Origin: an uncultured Candidatus Saccharibacteria bacterium
GTDB lineage: Bacteria; Patescibacteriota; Minisyncoccia; Phycocordibacterales; UBA6899
Assembly: GCA_964515375.1 (NCBI GenBank)
Contig: CAZERF010000002.1
Coordinates: 93,164-157,163 of the forward strand
DNA length: 64,000 bases
Reading direction: 5' to 3'
Positions within the stretch are counted from its first letter, which is position 1. Each line of letters opens with the position of its first letter. A model generated the notes under the pieces. That model was not told the DNA's origin. It searched no databases and saw nothing but the letters and a program-made list of their open reading frames with translations. Of this stretch, positions 18,807 through 28,711 are shown in pieces. Position numbers and translations under genes: made by a program.

Positions 18807-20174
18807 ATGCAACCATTACTTCATTCTCCCGGCGTGAAATTCATTGTCGTCGGCGTGCTCTCCCTTTTACTCATGATCCCGATGGGCTTTGTTTCTTCAC
18901 TCGTGAACGAGCGTGAATCTCGTTATCAGGAGGTGGAACGGTCGATCGCTGTCGAATGGGGTGCACGACAGTATTTTGCGGGACCCATGCTTCTGCTTCC
19001 GGTGACCGAGACTGTTCGGACGAAAGAGGGAAGCGAAGAGGTAGAGCGACTCCATGTCGTGCTCCCTGACACGTATCACGTTGATGTGAATCTTGACCCA
19101 ACGACCAAGCATCGAGGACTCTTTGCTGTCGGCGTGTACGCCGCGCAAGTCTCGGGGCGCGCGTCCTTTGCAACCGACGAGGCGCTTCGCGAGGCACGAG
19201 TTCCGCTTGCGCGGGTCGCATGGGATCGGGCACAACTCGTTTTTCCGATCGCGGATACTCGTTCGATCGCACCTTCGTCCGTACTTTCCGTGAACGGAGA
19301 GAGTATCGCCTTGCTTCCCGGGAATCCCGGACTTGTTGGTGGTACGGGTGTGCACGCGATGATTCCCGCCACGCGCGCCCATGCGCTTGATATCGATTTC
19401 TCCTTTGCGGTGAACGGTTCTTCGGGGCTTTCGCTCCTTCCTGTCGGCAATACGACCAACGCGACCATTGCGTCGTCCGCGCTCGCCCCATCCTTCGTGG
19501 GCGGATACCTTCCGAGCGCTTCGACCATGAGTGAGAAAGGTTTTCGCGGGGAATGGACCGTTTCCGCGTTGGGACGTTCATTTCCTCAGGTGGGGACAGA
19601 CCTTGGTATCATGAGTGCCAAGGATACCCCTGTCTATCAAGACAAGTTTGCTCCGTATGAAACAAAACTCGCAACAGAGGGCGGGCACGGCGTCGCGATC
19701 TTTGGTGTCTCGCTCGTGACGGCGACCGATTTCTATGCAAGTGTTGCGCGGTCGACCAAATACGCGCTCCTCTTCATTGGGCTCACCTTCCTTGCATTTC
19801 TCTTGATCGAGATCCTCATGCGCGCGCGGATACACCCTATTCAATATCTTTTGGTCGGTGCGGCGCTCGCACTCTTCTATCTACTCCTCCTTTCTCTTTC
19901 GGAGCATCTTGGCTTTGCGTGGGCGTATCTTCTCGCGACATTCATGATCGTCGGATTGGTGGGTGCGTATGTCCGCACAGTCTTTCGTTCGGGGCGCTTT
20001 GCACTCTTGATCGGGGCCTTGCTCGCGCTTCTCTACGGCTACCTCTACGCAGTGCTCCGCATGGATGATTACGCGCTCCTCTTTGGAACGATTCTCCTTT
20101 TCCTTGTGCTTGCGGGGGTCATGTTTGCGACCCGTCGCGTCGACTGGTATGCGCGCGACAAGGTGGGAGAGTGA
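18807..20174 (+). CDS. creD: Cell envelope integrity protein CreD
   Basis: ERESRYQEV..WG..Q..GP; RSTKYALLFIGLTF; IHPIQYLLVGAAL..LLLSLSEH; MFATRRVDWY. Confidence 0.93.
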   Translation: MQPLLHSPGVKFIVVGVLSLLLMIPMGFVSSLVNERESRYQEVERSIAVEWGARQYFAGPMLLLPVTETVRTKEGSEEVERLHVVLPDTYHVDVNLDPTTKHRGLFAVGVYAAQVSGRASFATDEALREARVPLARVAWDRAQLVFPIADTRSIAPSSVLSVNGESIALLPGNPGLVGGTGVHAMIPATRAHALDIDFSFAVNGSSGLSLLPVGNTTNATIASSALAPSFVGGYLPSASTMSEKGFRGEWTVSALGRSFPQVGTDLGIMSAKDTPVYQDKFAPYETKLATEGGHGVAIFGVSLVTATDFYASVARSTKYALLFIGLTFLAFLLIEILMRARIHPIQYLLVGAALALFYLLLLSLSEHLGFAWAYLLATFMIVGLVGAYVRTVFRSGRFALLIGALLALLYGYLYAVLRMDDYALLFGTILLFLVLAGVMFATRRVDWYARDKVGE

Positions 20175-20251
20175 ACGCGGGAATCCCTCCCGTGGAGGGA
20201 CTCTCCTCACTAAGGAAAAAGCACAGGCCATTGCGACCTGTGCTTTTCTTT

Positions 20252-20423
20252 TGCCCTCATTCGAGGACTCATGGTGGGCACGGGGAGACTTGAACATTAC
20301 ATGTTCCGTACAGGACCGCGCGTCGTACTCGTCTTCAGAAAGACTCCGTGCGACATGCTCGTCCTTTCAAGTTCTCCCACACAGGCAAGCAGTTGCCTGT
20401 TCGTGCCCTCATTCGAGGACTCA
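20252..20423. repeat. tRNA-Leu(CAG)-derived inverted and direct 3'-end repeats
   Basis: 44 bp exact direct repeat, 20252-20295 = 20404-20447; inverted tRNA end at 20366-20408, split by a hairpin at 20381-20400. Confidence 0.85.
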
Positions 20424-20508
20424 TGGTGGGCACGGGGAGACTTGAACTCCCAAGGGTTTCCCCATACGCTTCTGAGACGTACGCGTATACCAGTTCCGCC
20501 ACGTGCCC
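20424..20508 (-). tRNA. tRNA-Leu (anticodon CAG)
   Basis: GGGCACGTGGCGGAACTGGTATACGCG-TACGT-CTCAGAA-GCGTA..GTTCAAGTC..GTGCCCACCA. Confidence 0.95.
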
Positions 20509-20528
20509 GTATAATAATATTTATAAAA

Positions 20529-20653
20529 CTTCTGAGACGTACGCGACTGCATGTTTTTCGCAGTTCCGCTACGTGCCCTTTGTCTATTTTTTTACAGAAC
20601 CGTTGAGGTCGTGCGGGAGTTCATTATCTATCCAGCAGTTCCGCCACGCGCTC
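20529..20653 (-). repeat. Two partial 5'-half copies of tRNA-Leu(CAG), both broken at the D-loop
   Basis: 20529-20578 reads GGGCACGTAGCGGAACTG-[16 nt]-GCGTACGTCTCAGAAG; 20636-20653 reads GAGCGCGTGGCGGAACTG. Confidence 0.75.
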
Positions 20654-20910
20654 ACTTGTTCCGTTGTTTGTTTGACCGTCCAAGTCTAGCAGACTTCCGA
20701 CCTTTTTTCTATATCCCGATCTCGTTTCTCTCGAGGATGGGGGGGCGAGGAGTTCAATACTCTAGAATACATTTGACAAAGTGTCAATCTTTACGACATT
20801 CTCTCGAATGCTAGTGTAAAAAAGGAAGTCTGTTGTTTGTCAGTAAGGGAAAGTATGCGTTTGTTACGCCCCGCTTTCCCTCCTCAACCCTCAACACAAG
20901 GAGGAACATC

Positions 20911-22833
20911 ATGTCCATCTTTCGTGCGTATCAAAATCGTTACGCGGAAGCTCAGGAAGAAGAGATGTCCGTTCAGGACTACCTCGAACTCTGCAAGAAG
21001 GATCCGCTCGCTTACGCGACGTCCGCCGAGCGTATGCTCGCGGCCATCGGCGAACCGGAATATGTTGACACTCGGGTTGACCCGCGTCTCTCGCGTATCT
21101 TTGCGAACAAGGTGCTCAAGGTCTACCCGGCCTTTCGTGATTTTTACGGCATGGAGGAAGCGATCGAGAACATCGTCGCGTACTTCCGTCACGCGGCGCA
21201 AGGTCTTGAAGAGAAGAAGCAAGTCCTCTACCTCCTCGGTCCTGTCGGCGGCGGCAAGTCGTCGCTCGCTGAAAAGCTGAAGAGCTTGATCGAGAAGAGG
21301 CCATTCTACGCGATCAAAGGTTCGCCGGTGCACGAGTCTCCGCTCGGACTGTTCAATGCCGCGGAAGACGGCGCGATTCTCGAAGAAGAATTCGGGATCC
21401 CCCGTCGCTACCTCACGACCATCATGAGCCCCTGGGCGGTGAAGCGTCTCCATGAATTTGGCGGCGACATCACCAGGTTCCGTGTCGTGAAGTTGAATCC
21501 GTCGGTGCTGCGCCAGGTCGCGGTCGCCAAGACCGAGCCGGGCGACGAGAACAACCAAGACATCTCGTCTTTGGTCGGCAAGATCGACATCCGCAAACTC
21601 GAGCAGTACTCACAGGACGATCCGGACGCGTATAGCTATGCCGGCGGCCTGTGTCTCGCGAACCGGGGCCTCCTCGAATTCGTCGAGATGTTCAAGGCGC
21701 CGATCAAGGTGCTCCATCCGCTACTCACTGCAACACAGGAGGGTAACTACAAGGGCACCGAAGGGTTCGGCGCTATTCCGTTCGACGGGGTCATCCTGGC
21801 GCACTCGAACGAGTCCGAATGGACTACGTTCAAGAGCAACAAGAACAACGAGGCCTTCCTCGACCGCATCTACACGGTCAAGGTCCCGTATTGTCTGCGC
21901 GTCTCCGACGAGATCCATATCTACGAGAAGCTTCTGGCGAACAGTTCGCTGTCGGAAGCGCCGTGTGCGCCTGATACACTCAAGATGCTGGCGCAGTTCG
22001 CGGTCCTGTCCCGAATGAAGGAGCCCGAAAATTCGAGCATCTTCTCCAAGATGCGCGTGTATGACGGCGAGAATCTGAAGGATACCGACCCGAAGGCCAA
22101 GAGTCACCAGGAGTACAGCGATTATGCGGGCGTTGACGAAGGGATGACCGGACTCTCGACCCGTTTCGCGTTCAAGGTGCTCTCCAAGGTGTTCAACTTT
22201 GACCACCGCGAGGTCGCCGCCAACCCGGTGCATCTCATGTATGTTCTCGAGCAGCAGATCGAGGCCGAGCAGTATCCGGCTGAAACCGAAGCGCGCTTCA
22301 TGGGGTACATCAAGGAGTACCTGGCGCCCAAGTATGCCGAGTTTATCGGCAAGGAGATCCAGACCGCGTACCTCGAAAGCTACAGTGAGTACGGTCAGAA
22401 CATTTTCGATCGTTATGTCACGTATGCCGACTTCTGGATCCAGGACCAGGAATTCCGCGACCCGAACACCGGCGAGATCCTCGACCGGAAGGCGCTCAAC
22501 GAGGAACTGGAGAAGATCGAGAAGCCGGCCGGAATCAGCAACCCGAAAGACTTCCGCAACGAGGTGGTCAACTTCGTACTCCGCGCTCGCGCGAGGCATG
22601 AAGGAGCGAATCCTCCGTGGACGTCCTACGAAAAGCTGCGCGCGGTGATCGAGAAGAAGATGTTCGCGAATACCGAGGACCTGCTGCCGGTTATCAGCTT
22701 CAATGCCAAGGCATCGGCCGATGAGCAGAAGAAGCACCAGGACTTCGTCGATCGCATGGGCGAAAAGGGCTACACCGAGAAACAAGTGCGACTCTTGTGC
22801 GAGTGGTATCTGCGCGTGCGCAAGTCGTCGTGA
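20911..22833 (+). CDS. yeaG: PrkA/YeaG family AAA+ serine protein kinase
   Basis: Walker A GPVGGGKS, EPGDENNQDIS, EFVEMFKAPIK, EAFLDRI; RBS AGGAGG upstream. Confidence 0.96.
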   Translation: MSIFRAYQNRYAEAQEEEMSVQDYLELCKKDPLAYATSAERMLAAIGEPEYVDTRVDPRLSRIFANKVLKVYPAFRDFYGMEEAIENIVAYFRHAAQGLEEKKQVLYLLGPVGGGKSSLAEKLKSLIEKRPFYAIKGSPVHESPLGLFNAAEDGAILEEEFGIPRRYLTTIMSPWAVKRLHEFGGDITRFRVVKLNPSVLRQVAVAKTEPGDENNQDISSLVGKIDIRKLEQYSQDDPDAYSYAGGLCLANRGLLEFVEMFKAPIKVLHPLLTATQEGNYKGTEGFGAIPFDGVILAHSNESEWTTFKSNKNNEAFLDRIYTVKVPYCLRVSDEIHIYEKLLANSSLSEAPCAPDTLKMLAQFAVLSRMKEPENSSIFSKMRVYDGENLKDTDPKAKSHQEYSDYAGVDEGMTGLSTRFAFKVLSKVFNFDHREVAANPVHLMYVLEQQIEAEQYPAETEARFMGYIKEYLAPKYAEFIGKEIQTAYLESYSEYGQNIFDRYVTYADFWIQDQEFRDPNTGEILDRKALNEELEKIEKPAGISNPKDFRNEVVNFVLRARARHEGANPPWTSYEKLRAVIEKKMFANTEDLLPVISFNAKASADEQKKHQDFVDRMGEKGYTEKQVRLLCEWYLRVRKSS

Positions 22834-22888
22834 TCATTTGAACCACAGGGGTGCGCAATCGCGCACCCCTTTCTTTTTGGAGAGTACC

Positions 22889-24163
22889 ATGTCCGTACGT
22901 ATCGTTGATCGACGGTTCGACAGCAAGGGAAAGAGTACGGTGAATCGTCAGCGCTTCATGCGTCGTTTCAAGACACAGATCAAGAAGGCGGTCGCGGACG
23001 CGATCTCCGGTCGATCGGTAAAAGACCTTGAGAGCGGTGAAAGTGTTTCTATTCCGGCTCGCGATCTCAATGAGCCCAATTTCCGACACGATAAAGGCGG
23101 TATCTGGGAGCAAGTTTTCACCGGGAATGATCGTTACACTCAGGGAGACGAGATCGGTCGTCCGAGCGGTGGAGGCGGTGGAGGCGGTGGTGGTCAAGCG
23201 AGTGATAGTGGAGAGCATGAGGATGATTTCACGTTCTCGCTCTCCCGAGAAGAGTTCATGGACCTGTTCTTTGAGGACATGGAACTTCCGCGTTTGATCC
23301 GCAAGCAACTCGGCAAGGCGAAAGAGTACAAGATGGAGCATGCGGGCATCGTCACCGACGGAACCCCGTCGAATCTTCGTTTGGTACGAACTCGCCAGGT
23401 GGGAATCGGGCGCAAGATCGGCATGACCGCGGAGAGTCGCAAGGCGCTTCAGGATGCGCAACATGAACTTGAGGTCGCGATCGAATGTGAAGGGGAGGAA
23501 AGCGATGATGTCGCGGCAATCCGCTTTGCGATCGATCAGCTTCGCGCCAAGATCGCTCGTGTACCGTTCATCGACACCTTCGACCTGCGCTTTAATGCGC
23601 ACAAGCAAGTCCCCAAGCCGACAACGCAAGCCGTCATGTTCTGTGTGATGGACGTGTCCGGTTCGATGGACGAGGAGCGCAAGGATATCGCAAAACGTTT
23701 CTTCATGTTGTTGTACCTCTTCCTCACTCGGCAGTATGAGAATGTCGAAGTGGTCTTTATCCGCCATCATACGGCAGCGAAGGAGGTCGACGAGGAAGAA
23801 TTCTTCCACTCGCGCGAGTCGGGTGGAACGGTTGTTTCAAGTGCGCTCGAACTCATGCGGACGATCATCAAGGAACGTTATGCCAACGGACAGTGGAACA
23901 TCTACGGCGCGCAGGCATCCGACGGAGACAACTGGGACAATGACTCGCCCGGTTGCAGGAAATTGCTTTCGGAAGCCGGAGGCATATTGAGCTGGTGTCA
24001 ATACTTCGCGTATATCGAGATCGCCGACACTCCTCAGGGTCTGTGGAAGAACTACGAACAGGTCGCCGAGGCATTCCAAGGAAAATTCGCGATGCGTCGC
24101 GTCAAAGAGCGTGCTGATGTCTATCCGGTGCTCCACGATCTTTTCAAGAAGGAGGCAGTATGA
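22889..24163 (+). CDS. yeaH: YeaH/YhbH (UPF0229) vWA-like protein
   Basis: KSTVNRQRF, poly-Gly tract, AVMFCVMDVSGSM, ESGGTVVSSAL, AQASDGDNW. Confidence 0.95.
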   Translation: MSVRIVDRRFDSKGKSTVNRQRFMRRFKTQIKKAVADAISGRSVKDLESGESVSIPARDLNEPNFRHDKGGIWEQVFTGNDRYTQGDEIGRPSGGGGGGGGGQASDSGEHEDDFTFSLSREEFMDLFFEDMELPRLIRKQLGKAKEYKMEHAGIVTDGTPSNLRLVRTRQVGIGRKIGMTAESRKALQDAQHELEVAIECEGEESDDVAAIRFAIDQLRAKIARVPFIDTFDLRFNAHKQVPKPTTQAVMFCVMDVSGSMDEERKDIAKRFFMLLYLFLTRQYENVEVVFIRHHTAAKEVDEEEFFHSRESGGTVVSSALELMRTIIKERYANGQWNIYGAQASDGDNWDNDSPGCRKLLSEAGGILSWCQYFAYIEIADTPQGLWKNYEQVAEAFQGKFAMRRVKERADVYPVLHDLFKKEAV

Positions 24164-25710
24164 ACGCAAGAAAACGTAGTGGAGTGTCGCGAGGAAGGAA
24201 AACTCGTGAGCTCCCTTGGACGCCTGATTGGACGTTTGATTCCATTGAGCGTTATCACGAGGAGATCGCGCGCGTCGCGCGAGGGTATGGTCTCGATACG
24301 TATCCGATACAGATCGAGGTCATCACCGCCGAGCAGATGATGGACGCCTACGCCTCTGTGGGCATGCCGGTCAACTACCATCATTGGTCGTTCGGGAAGC
24401 ACTTCCTTTCGACCGAGAAAGGGTATCGACGCGGTCAGATGGGCTTGGCCTACGAGATCGTCATCAATTCCGATCCGTGTATCGCCTACCTCATGGAGGA
24501 GAACACGCTCACAATGCAAGGACTCGTGATCGCGCATGCGGCCTACGGCCACAACAGCTTCTTCAAGGGCAACTACCTCTTCCGGCAGTGGACCCATGCG
24601 GACGCGATCATCGACTACCTCATCTTCGCCCGCAACTACATCACCAAGTGTGAGGAGAAGTATGGCGAGGAAGAGGTCGAGAAGCTCCTTGATTCCTGTC
24701 ACGCGCTCATGAACTTGGGAGTGGACAAGTATAAGCGTCCCTCCAAATTGAGCGCCGAGGACGAAAAACATCGTCAGCAGGAACGGCAGGAGTATCTACA
24801 ATCTCAGGTCAATGAACTATGGAGGAAAAGTGACGGATGGTTTGAGTCGTATGATGAAAAGGATTCGACCCAAGCTCGCTTCCCGGAAGAGCCGCAGGAG
24901 AACCTGCTGTACTTCATCGAGAAGAATGCTCCGCTCTTGGAACCCTGGCAGCGTGAGATCGTGCGGATCGTGCGTAAGATCGCGCAGTATTTCTTCCCCC
25001 AGCGTCAGACGCAAGTCATGAACGAAGGGTGGGCGACGTATTGGCACTATACGATCTTAAACACGCTTTACGACGAAGGGCTACTTGCGGACGGTTTCAT
25101 GCTCGAGTTTCTCCAGTCTCACACCGGAGTGGTCGCGCAACCGCCGTACAATAGTAGGTGGTACAACGGAGTCAATCCGTACGCACTCGGCTTCGCGATG
25201 TGGCGAGATATTCGTCGCATTTGCGAAAACCCCGACGACGAGGACCGAGAATGGTTCCCGGAGATCGCGGGGAGTGATTGGCGCGAGACGTTCGACTTCG
25301 CGATGCGCAACTTCAAGGATGAGAGCTTCATTGCGCAGTATCTGTCGCCCAAGGTCATGCGGGAATTTCGCATGTTTGCGATCCTCGACGATGACGAGGA
25401 GGCGAAACTCAAGGTCTCCGCGATCCACGACGGATCCGGATATCGAGATGTTCGGCGAGTGCTTTCCGAGCAATACAACCTCGGGAACCGCGAGCCTGAC
25501 ATTCAGGTCTGGAACGTCAACGTGAAGGGAAACCGGGCGCTCACCTTGCGCCACACGCAGTTCAATCGTCGTCCACTCCACGAATCCTCTCTTGAGGTCA
25601 TGAAGCATATCGCTCGGCTTTGGGGGTTTGCGGTTCGACTGGAGATGTGCGACGCGGACGGAAAGTGTTCGATCGTGCACGAGGAGCGCAAGGAAAAGCG
25701 CAATCCCTGA
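24160..25710 (+). CDS. ycgB: SpoVR/YcgB family protein
   Basis: YHHWSFGK, LAYEIVINSDPCIAYL, AHAAYGHNSFFK, TQVMNEGWAT. Confidence 0.95.
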   Translation: MNARKRSGVSRGRKTRELPWTPDWTFDSIERYHEEIARVARGYGLDTYPIQIEVITAEQMMDAYASVGMPVNYHHWSFGKHFLSTEKGYRRGQMGLAYEIVINSDPCIAYLMEENTLTMQGLVIAHAAYGHNSFFKGNYLFRQWTHADAIIDYLIFARNYITKCEEKYGEEEVEKLLDSCHALMNLGVDKYKRPSKLSAEDEKHRQQERQEYLQSQVNELWRKSDGWFESYDEKDSTQARFPEEPQENLLYFIEKNAPLLEPWQREIVRIVRKIAQYFFPQRQTQVMNEGWATYWHYTILNTLYDEGLLADGFMLEFLQSHTGVVAQPPYNSRWYNGVNPYALGFAMWRDIRRICENPDDEDREWFPEIAGSDWRETFDFAMRNFKDESFIAQYLSPKVMREFRMFAILDDDEEAKLKVSAIHDGSGYRDVRRVLSEQYNLGNREPDIQVWNVNVKGNRALTLRHTQFNRRPLHESSLEVMKHIARLWGFAVRLEMCDADGKCSIVHEERKEKRNP

Positions 25711-25794
25711 ATCAGTTCTTTGTTCGTTCTTTACTTGACCCCTCTTTGGAGGGGTCTTTTTTTGCACCGCAATACCCGTGTTATACTTTTTCGT

Positions 25795-26355
25795 ATGTTG
25801 TATACAGGAAAGGGTGACGACGGGAAGACAAAGCTTTTTGCGTGTGACCAGCGTATTGCAAAGAGTGCCGCGATCGCGGAGGCGCTCGGAACCGTCGACG
25901 AACTGAACGCACTTTTGGGTGCGCTCAAAATTGAAGGGGAAGAAACCTTTGCTGTCGGTGGTCTCTCGTATCACGATCTTCTTGCGGATGTGCAGCAGGA
26001 CCTCTTCATTATTCAGGCGGAGTTGGCCGGAGCGGACATGTCGATCGCACGGGATCGGGTCGTCAAATTGGAAACATGGGTGAACACGATCGAGCGCGAA
26101 CTTCCGCCGATCACGACATTCTTTGTCTCCGGTGGAACAAAGCTCGCGGCATGGTGCGATGTTGCTCGCACACTCGCGCGCCGCGCGGAGCGTCGAGTCG
26201 TCGTTAGTGTTGAAGAGGTCGCCGATGCTCCCTCTGGAGCAAGGGATAATGCGGCGCTCCTGGCGTATATGAACCGTCTCTCCTCACTCCTCTATGCGCT
26301 CGCACGCCTTGCGAATCATCGTGCTGGAGTCGTCGAAGAAAAACCTCACTATTGA
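25795..26355 (+). CDS. PduO-type cob(I)alamin adenosyltransferase
   Basis: YTGKGDDGKT, GTVDELNA, ARTLARRAER, YMNRLSS. Confidence 0.92.
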   Translation: MLYTGKGDDGKTKLFACDQRIAKSAAIAEALGTVDELNALLGALKIEGEETFAVGGLSYHDLLADVQQDLFIIQAELAGADMSIARDRVVKLETWVNTIERELPPITTFFVSGGTKLAAWCDVARTLARRAERRVVVSVEEVADAPSGARDNAALLAYMNRLSSLLYALARLANHRAGVVEEKPHY

Positions 26356-26399
26356 CTATTGCTTGACCCCCGCAAGTCAGATGTTAGATTGAAAGGGCT

Positions 26400-27041
26400 A
26401 TGCTGATAGACCCGAAAACCTCGGATATTCTGAAGAAGATCGAAGAACTGAACGATGCGCTTCGTCGCGAGCAGGCGCGGTTGGCGGAGAAGTACGGATT
26501 TTCCCTGCGCAAACACAAGGTCATTTTTCTCGACGTTTTCCGCGCGCGTAACAAGGCCTTTCGTATTCCCGCCTGGCGCTATGTCATTCCCAAGCGGTTG
26601 CGCCATCTTCTTTCGCTTCCATTCATTTACGCGATGCTGATCCCGACACTCATTCTTGATGTCTTTCTCTTTGTTTATCAGTCCGTCGCCTTCCCGCTCT
26701 ATGGGATCCCCAAGGTATGTCGTCGCGATTTTTTCGTCTACGATCGACGGTTTCTCGATTACCTGAATATCATACAGAAGGTGCACTGTTTGTATTGCAG
26801 TTATGTGAACGGTGTTTTTGGTTATGCGGTCGAGGTTGCCGCTCGTACCGAACGTTATTGGTGTCCCGTTAAGGCGGCAGCGCATCCCAAGTATTATCAC
26901 GGATGGTACAAGGAGTTCGCGGATTATGGTGATCCGGAAGGGTGGGGAGAGAAGTTCAATGATCATCATGCGTTTCGAAAAGCAGAGCTGAGTACGAAAG
27001 GCGAAGGAGAGGGTGTCTGTGACACGAGTCTTCGTGTGTAG
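26400..27041 (+). CDS. Conserved hypothetical membrane protein with a CxYCxY motif
   Basis: FPLYGIPKV..DRRFLDYLN..HCLYCSYVNG..ARTERYWCP. Confidence 0.8.
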   Translation: MLIDPKTSDILKKIEELNDALRREQARLAEKYGFSLRKHKVIFLDVFRARNKAFRIPAWRYVIPKRLRHLLSLPFIYAMLIPTLILDVFLFVYQSVAFPLYGIPKVCRRDFFVYDRRFLDYLNIIQKVHCLYCSYVNGVFGYAVEVAARTERYWCPVKAAAHPKYYHGWYKEFADYGDPEGWGEKFNDHHAFRKAELSTKGEGEGVCDTSLRV

Positions 27042-27089
27042 AAAGGATAAAAAAATTGCCGGGATCAGTGAGATCCCGGCAGGGTACGG

Positions 27090-27410
27090 TCAACGAAGGT
27101 AGAGGTAGCCACTTCCTCCAATTGGTACGACCAATTGCACTGCACCGGGGTAGTAGTACCAGGGTGTTGGTTCGTAATACGATGGGTAGTATCGTGACTG
27201 GGGTATGTAGACGACACGCGGTGATATTGCGCGGGTTACATGCTGAGGCTGTGCCGTGTATGCACGATGCGTGACAGGCGACGGCGCGGGGCGGTGCGCT
27301 TTTGCAACGTGTGCGTGGTGGTGGTGCGGCCTGCCTATGTCATGGGCATTCGCACAACCGGCAGCAGTGAGCAGCAGTCCAGCAAGGACGGTGAGTAGTG
27401 CGGTCTTCAT
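27090..27410 (-). CDS. Small His/Pro/Tyr-rich putative lipoprotein
   Basis: MKTALLTVLAGLLLTAAGC lipobox-like signal; RBS AAGGAG. Confidence 0.65.
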   Translation of the reverse strand: MKTALLTVLAGLLLTAAGCANAHDIGRPHHHHAHVAKAHRPAPSPVTHRAYTAQPQHVTRAISPRVVYIPQSRYYPSYYEPTPWYYYPGAVQLVVPIGGSGYLYLR

Positions 27411-27570
27411 CTCTTTCTCCTTCAAGGGACAACGCGGGAACCATTCCCGGATCTTTTGCATTCTGGCATTTTTTGACTCATTCGTCAATTCTTTGCCCGG
27501 TTGATTTTATTCTTTTTTCTGGTACTATTTCTTTATTGCACCACCGTGGTGCAATTTTGTTCGATATCAT

Positions 27571-27643
27571 GGTGCCTATGGTGTAATGGTTAGCACTGAG
27601 GTTTGTGGAACCTCCAGCCAGGGTTCGAATCCCTGTAGGCACC
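27571..27643 (+). tRNA. tRNA-His (anticodon GTG)
   Basis: G-1, acceptor GTGCCTA/TAGGCAC, C73, anticodon arm GAGGT-TTGTGGA-ACCTC. Confidence 0.96.
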
Positions 27644-27722
27644 CCCGACAGAGAGACCCAAGAGGCGACCGAGAAGGGTCGCTTTTTGGTAAAGAAAGTT
27701 CTAGACTCAGTAGGTCAAAAAC

Positions 27723-28703
27723 ATGAATATCGAGGAAAGAAAAATTCTCAAAGCACTCACTGATGATAGGAGGGGGTTACTGTCCCCAGCAGATTTCGTA
27801 AACGGAATTGCGCAACACGATCGGCGGGCAGTAGAAAACCTTGTCACGGGTGGCTATGTCGAGGAGGTACCACAAGATGTTAATGGAGGTCATCGGGGAA
27901 CATATTCTATAAATTTTTATAGAGCAACAGAAAAGGGTCGAAATGTCTTTTCTCCATGGAGACAAAAAGTTTGGTTTAATCTTAAGACGGAAACCTCACT
28001 TTGGGTAGGAATCTCCTCGATCATGATTGGAGTTCTTTCAATACTTATTTCTAGCGCCGTGGCTTTTGGTGTTCCTTGGTATCAAAATGTATCAAATGAA
28101 CAAAAAGAAATTGAGGCAATTTATAAAAATCTCATTACGAATGAGGATATTCTCATATCGAACTCAAATAATGCCAGATTTCTTTTAACTGCAACAAGTG
28201 TCACTGCATTGCCGGAGTCATACCTGGAAGATGAGATCAAAGGTGATATTGGAAAAATACTTCAGGATAAGTTTGGTTTAATTCAATACAGATTTTTCGT
28301 TTATTACTTGCAGCAGATTGAACTTTTCAACTTGGAAATAGAAGAAATGAGGAACGCACTCGTTGTCGGGGGTTCAACATCAACAGCATATCTAAGTGCC
28401 CAAAAGGCGTATCTTTCAACTGTAGACGAAATAAGCAAGGAGGGGATGGATGCAAGGTTTAGTCACATAAGAGATGTTGAATGCCTTACACATTTATTTG
28501 AGCGCAATTTTGAGTATTTATCTATTGATCCGCGCGGCAAAATAGAAAAATGTTCAAATGAATCCCTTAATCGAATTTATTATAATTTTGGCTTTCTCGA
28601 GGCGGCAACACCAAGGTGGATGCTACCAGCATACAGAGACGCGCTAAATGAAAGAAGGGCGGGTTTCGGTGACACAATAATTAACATCGCCGGAGGTTAT
28701 TAG
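27723..28703 (+). CDS. Hypothetical protein (winged-helix-like N-terminus, one TM, helical C-terminus)
   Basis: 326 aa AT-rich ORF; VENLVTGGYVEE..YRATEKGR followed by a hydrophobic segment. Confidence 0.75.
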   Translation: MNIEERKILKALTDDRRGLLSPADFVNGIAQHDRRAVENLVTGGYVEEVPQDVNGGHRGTYSINFYRATEKGRNVFSPWRQKVWFNLKTETSLWVGISSIMIGVLSILISSAVAFGVPWYQNVSNEQKEIEAIYKNLITNEDILISNSNNARFLLTATSVTALPESYLEDEIKGDIGKILQDKFGLIQYRFFVYYLQQIELFNLEIEEMRNALVVGGSTSTAYLSAQKAYLSTVDEISKEGMDARFSHIRDVECLTHLFERNFEYLSIDPRGKIEKCSNESLNRIYYNFGFLEAATPRWMLPAYRDALNERRAGFGDTIINIAGGY

Positions 28704-28711
28704 CTACTTTC

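Noticed and set aside
18499-20653. CRISPR array
   Set aside because: The repeats are tRNA fragments in mixed orientation without regular spacing, and there are no cas genes in the window.
20884-25974. Long minus-strand ORFs (354, 369 and 297 aa and others)
   Set aside because: Shadows of the codon-biased yeaG-yeaH-spoVR genes.
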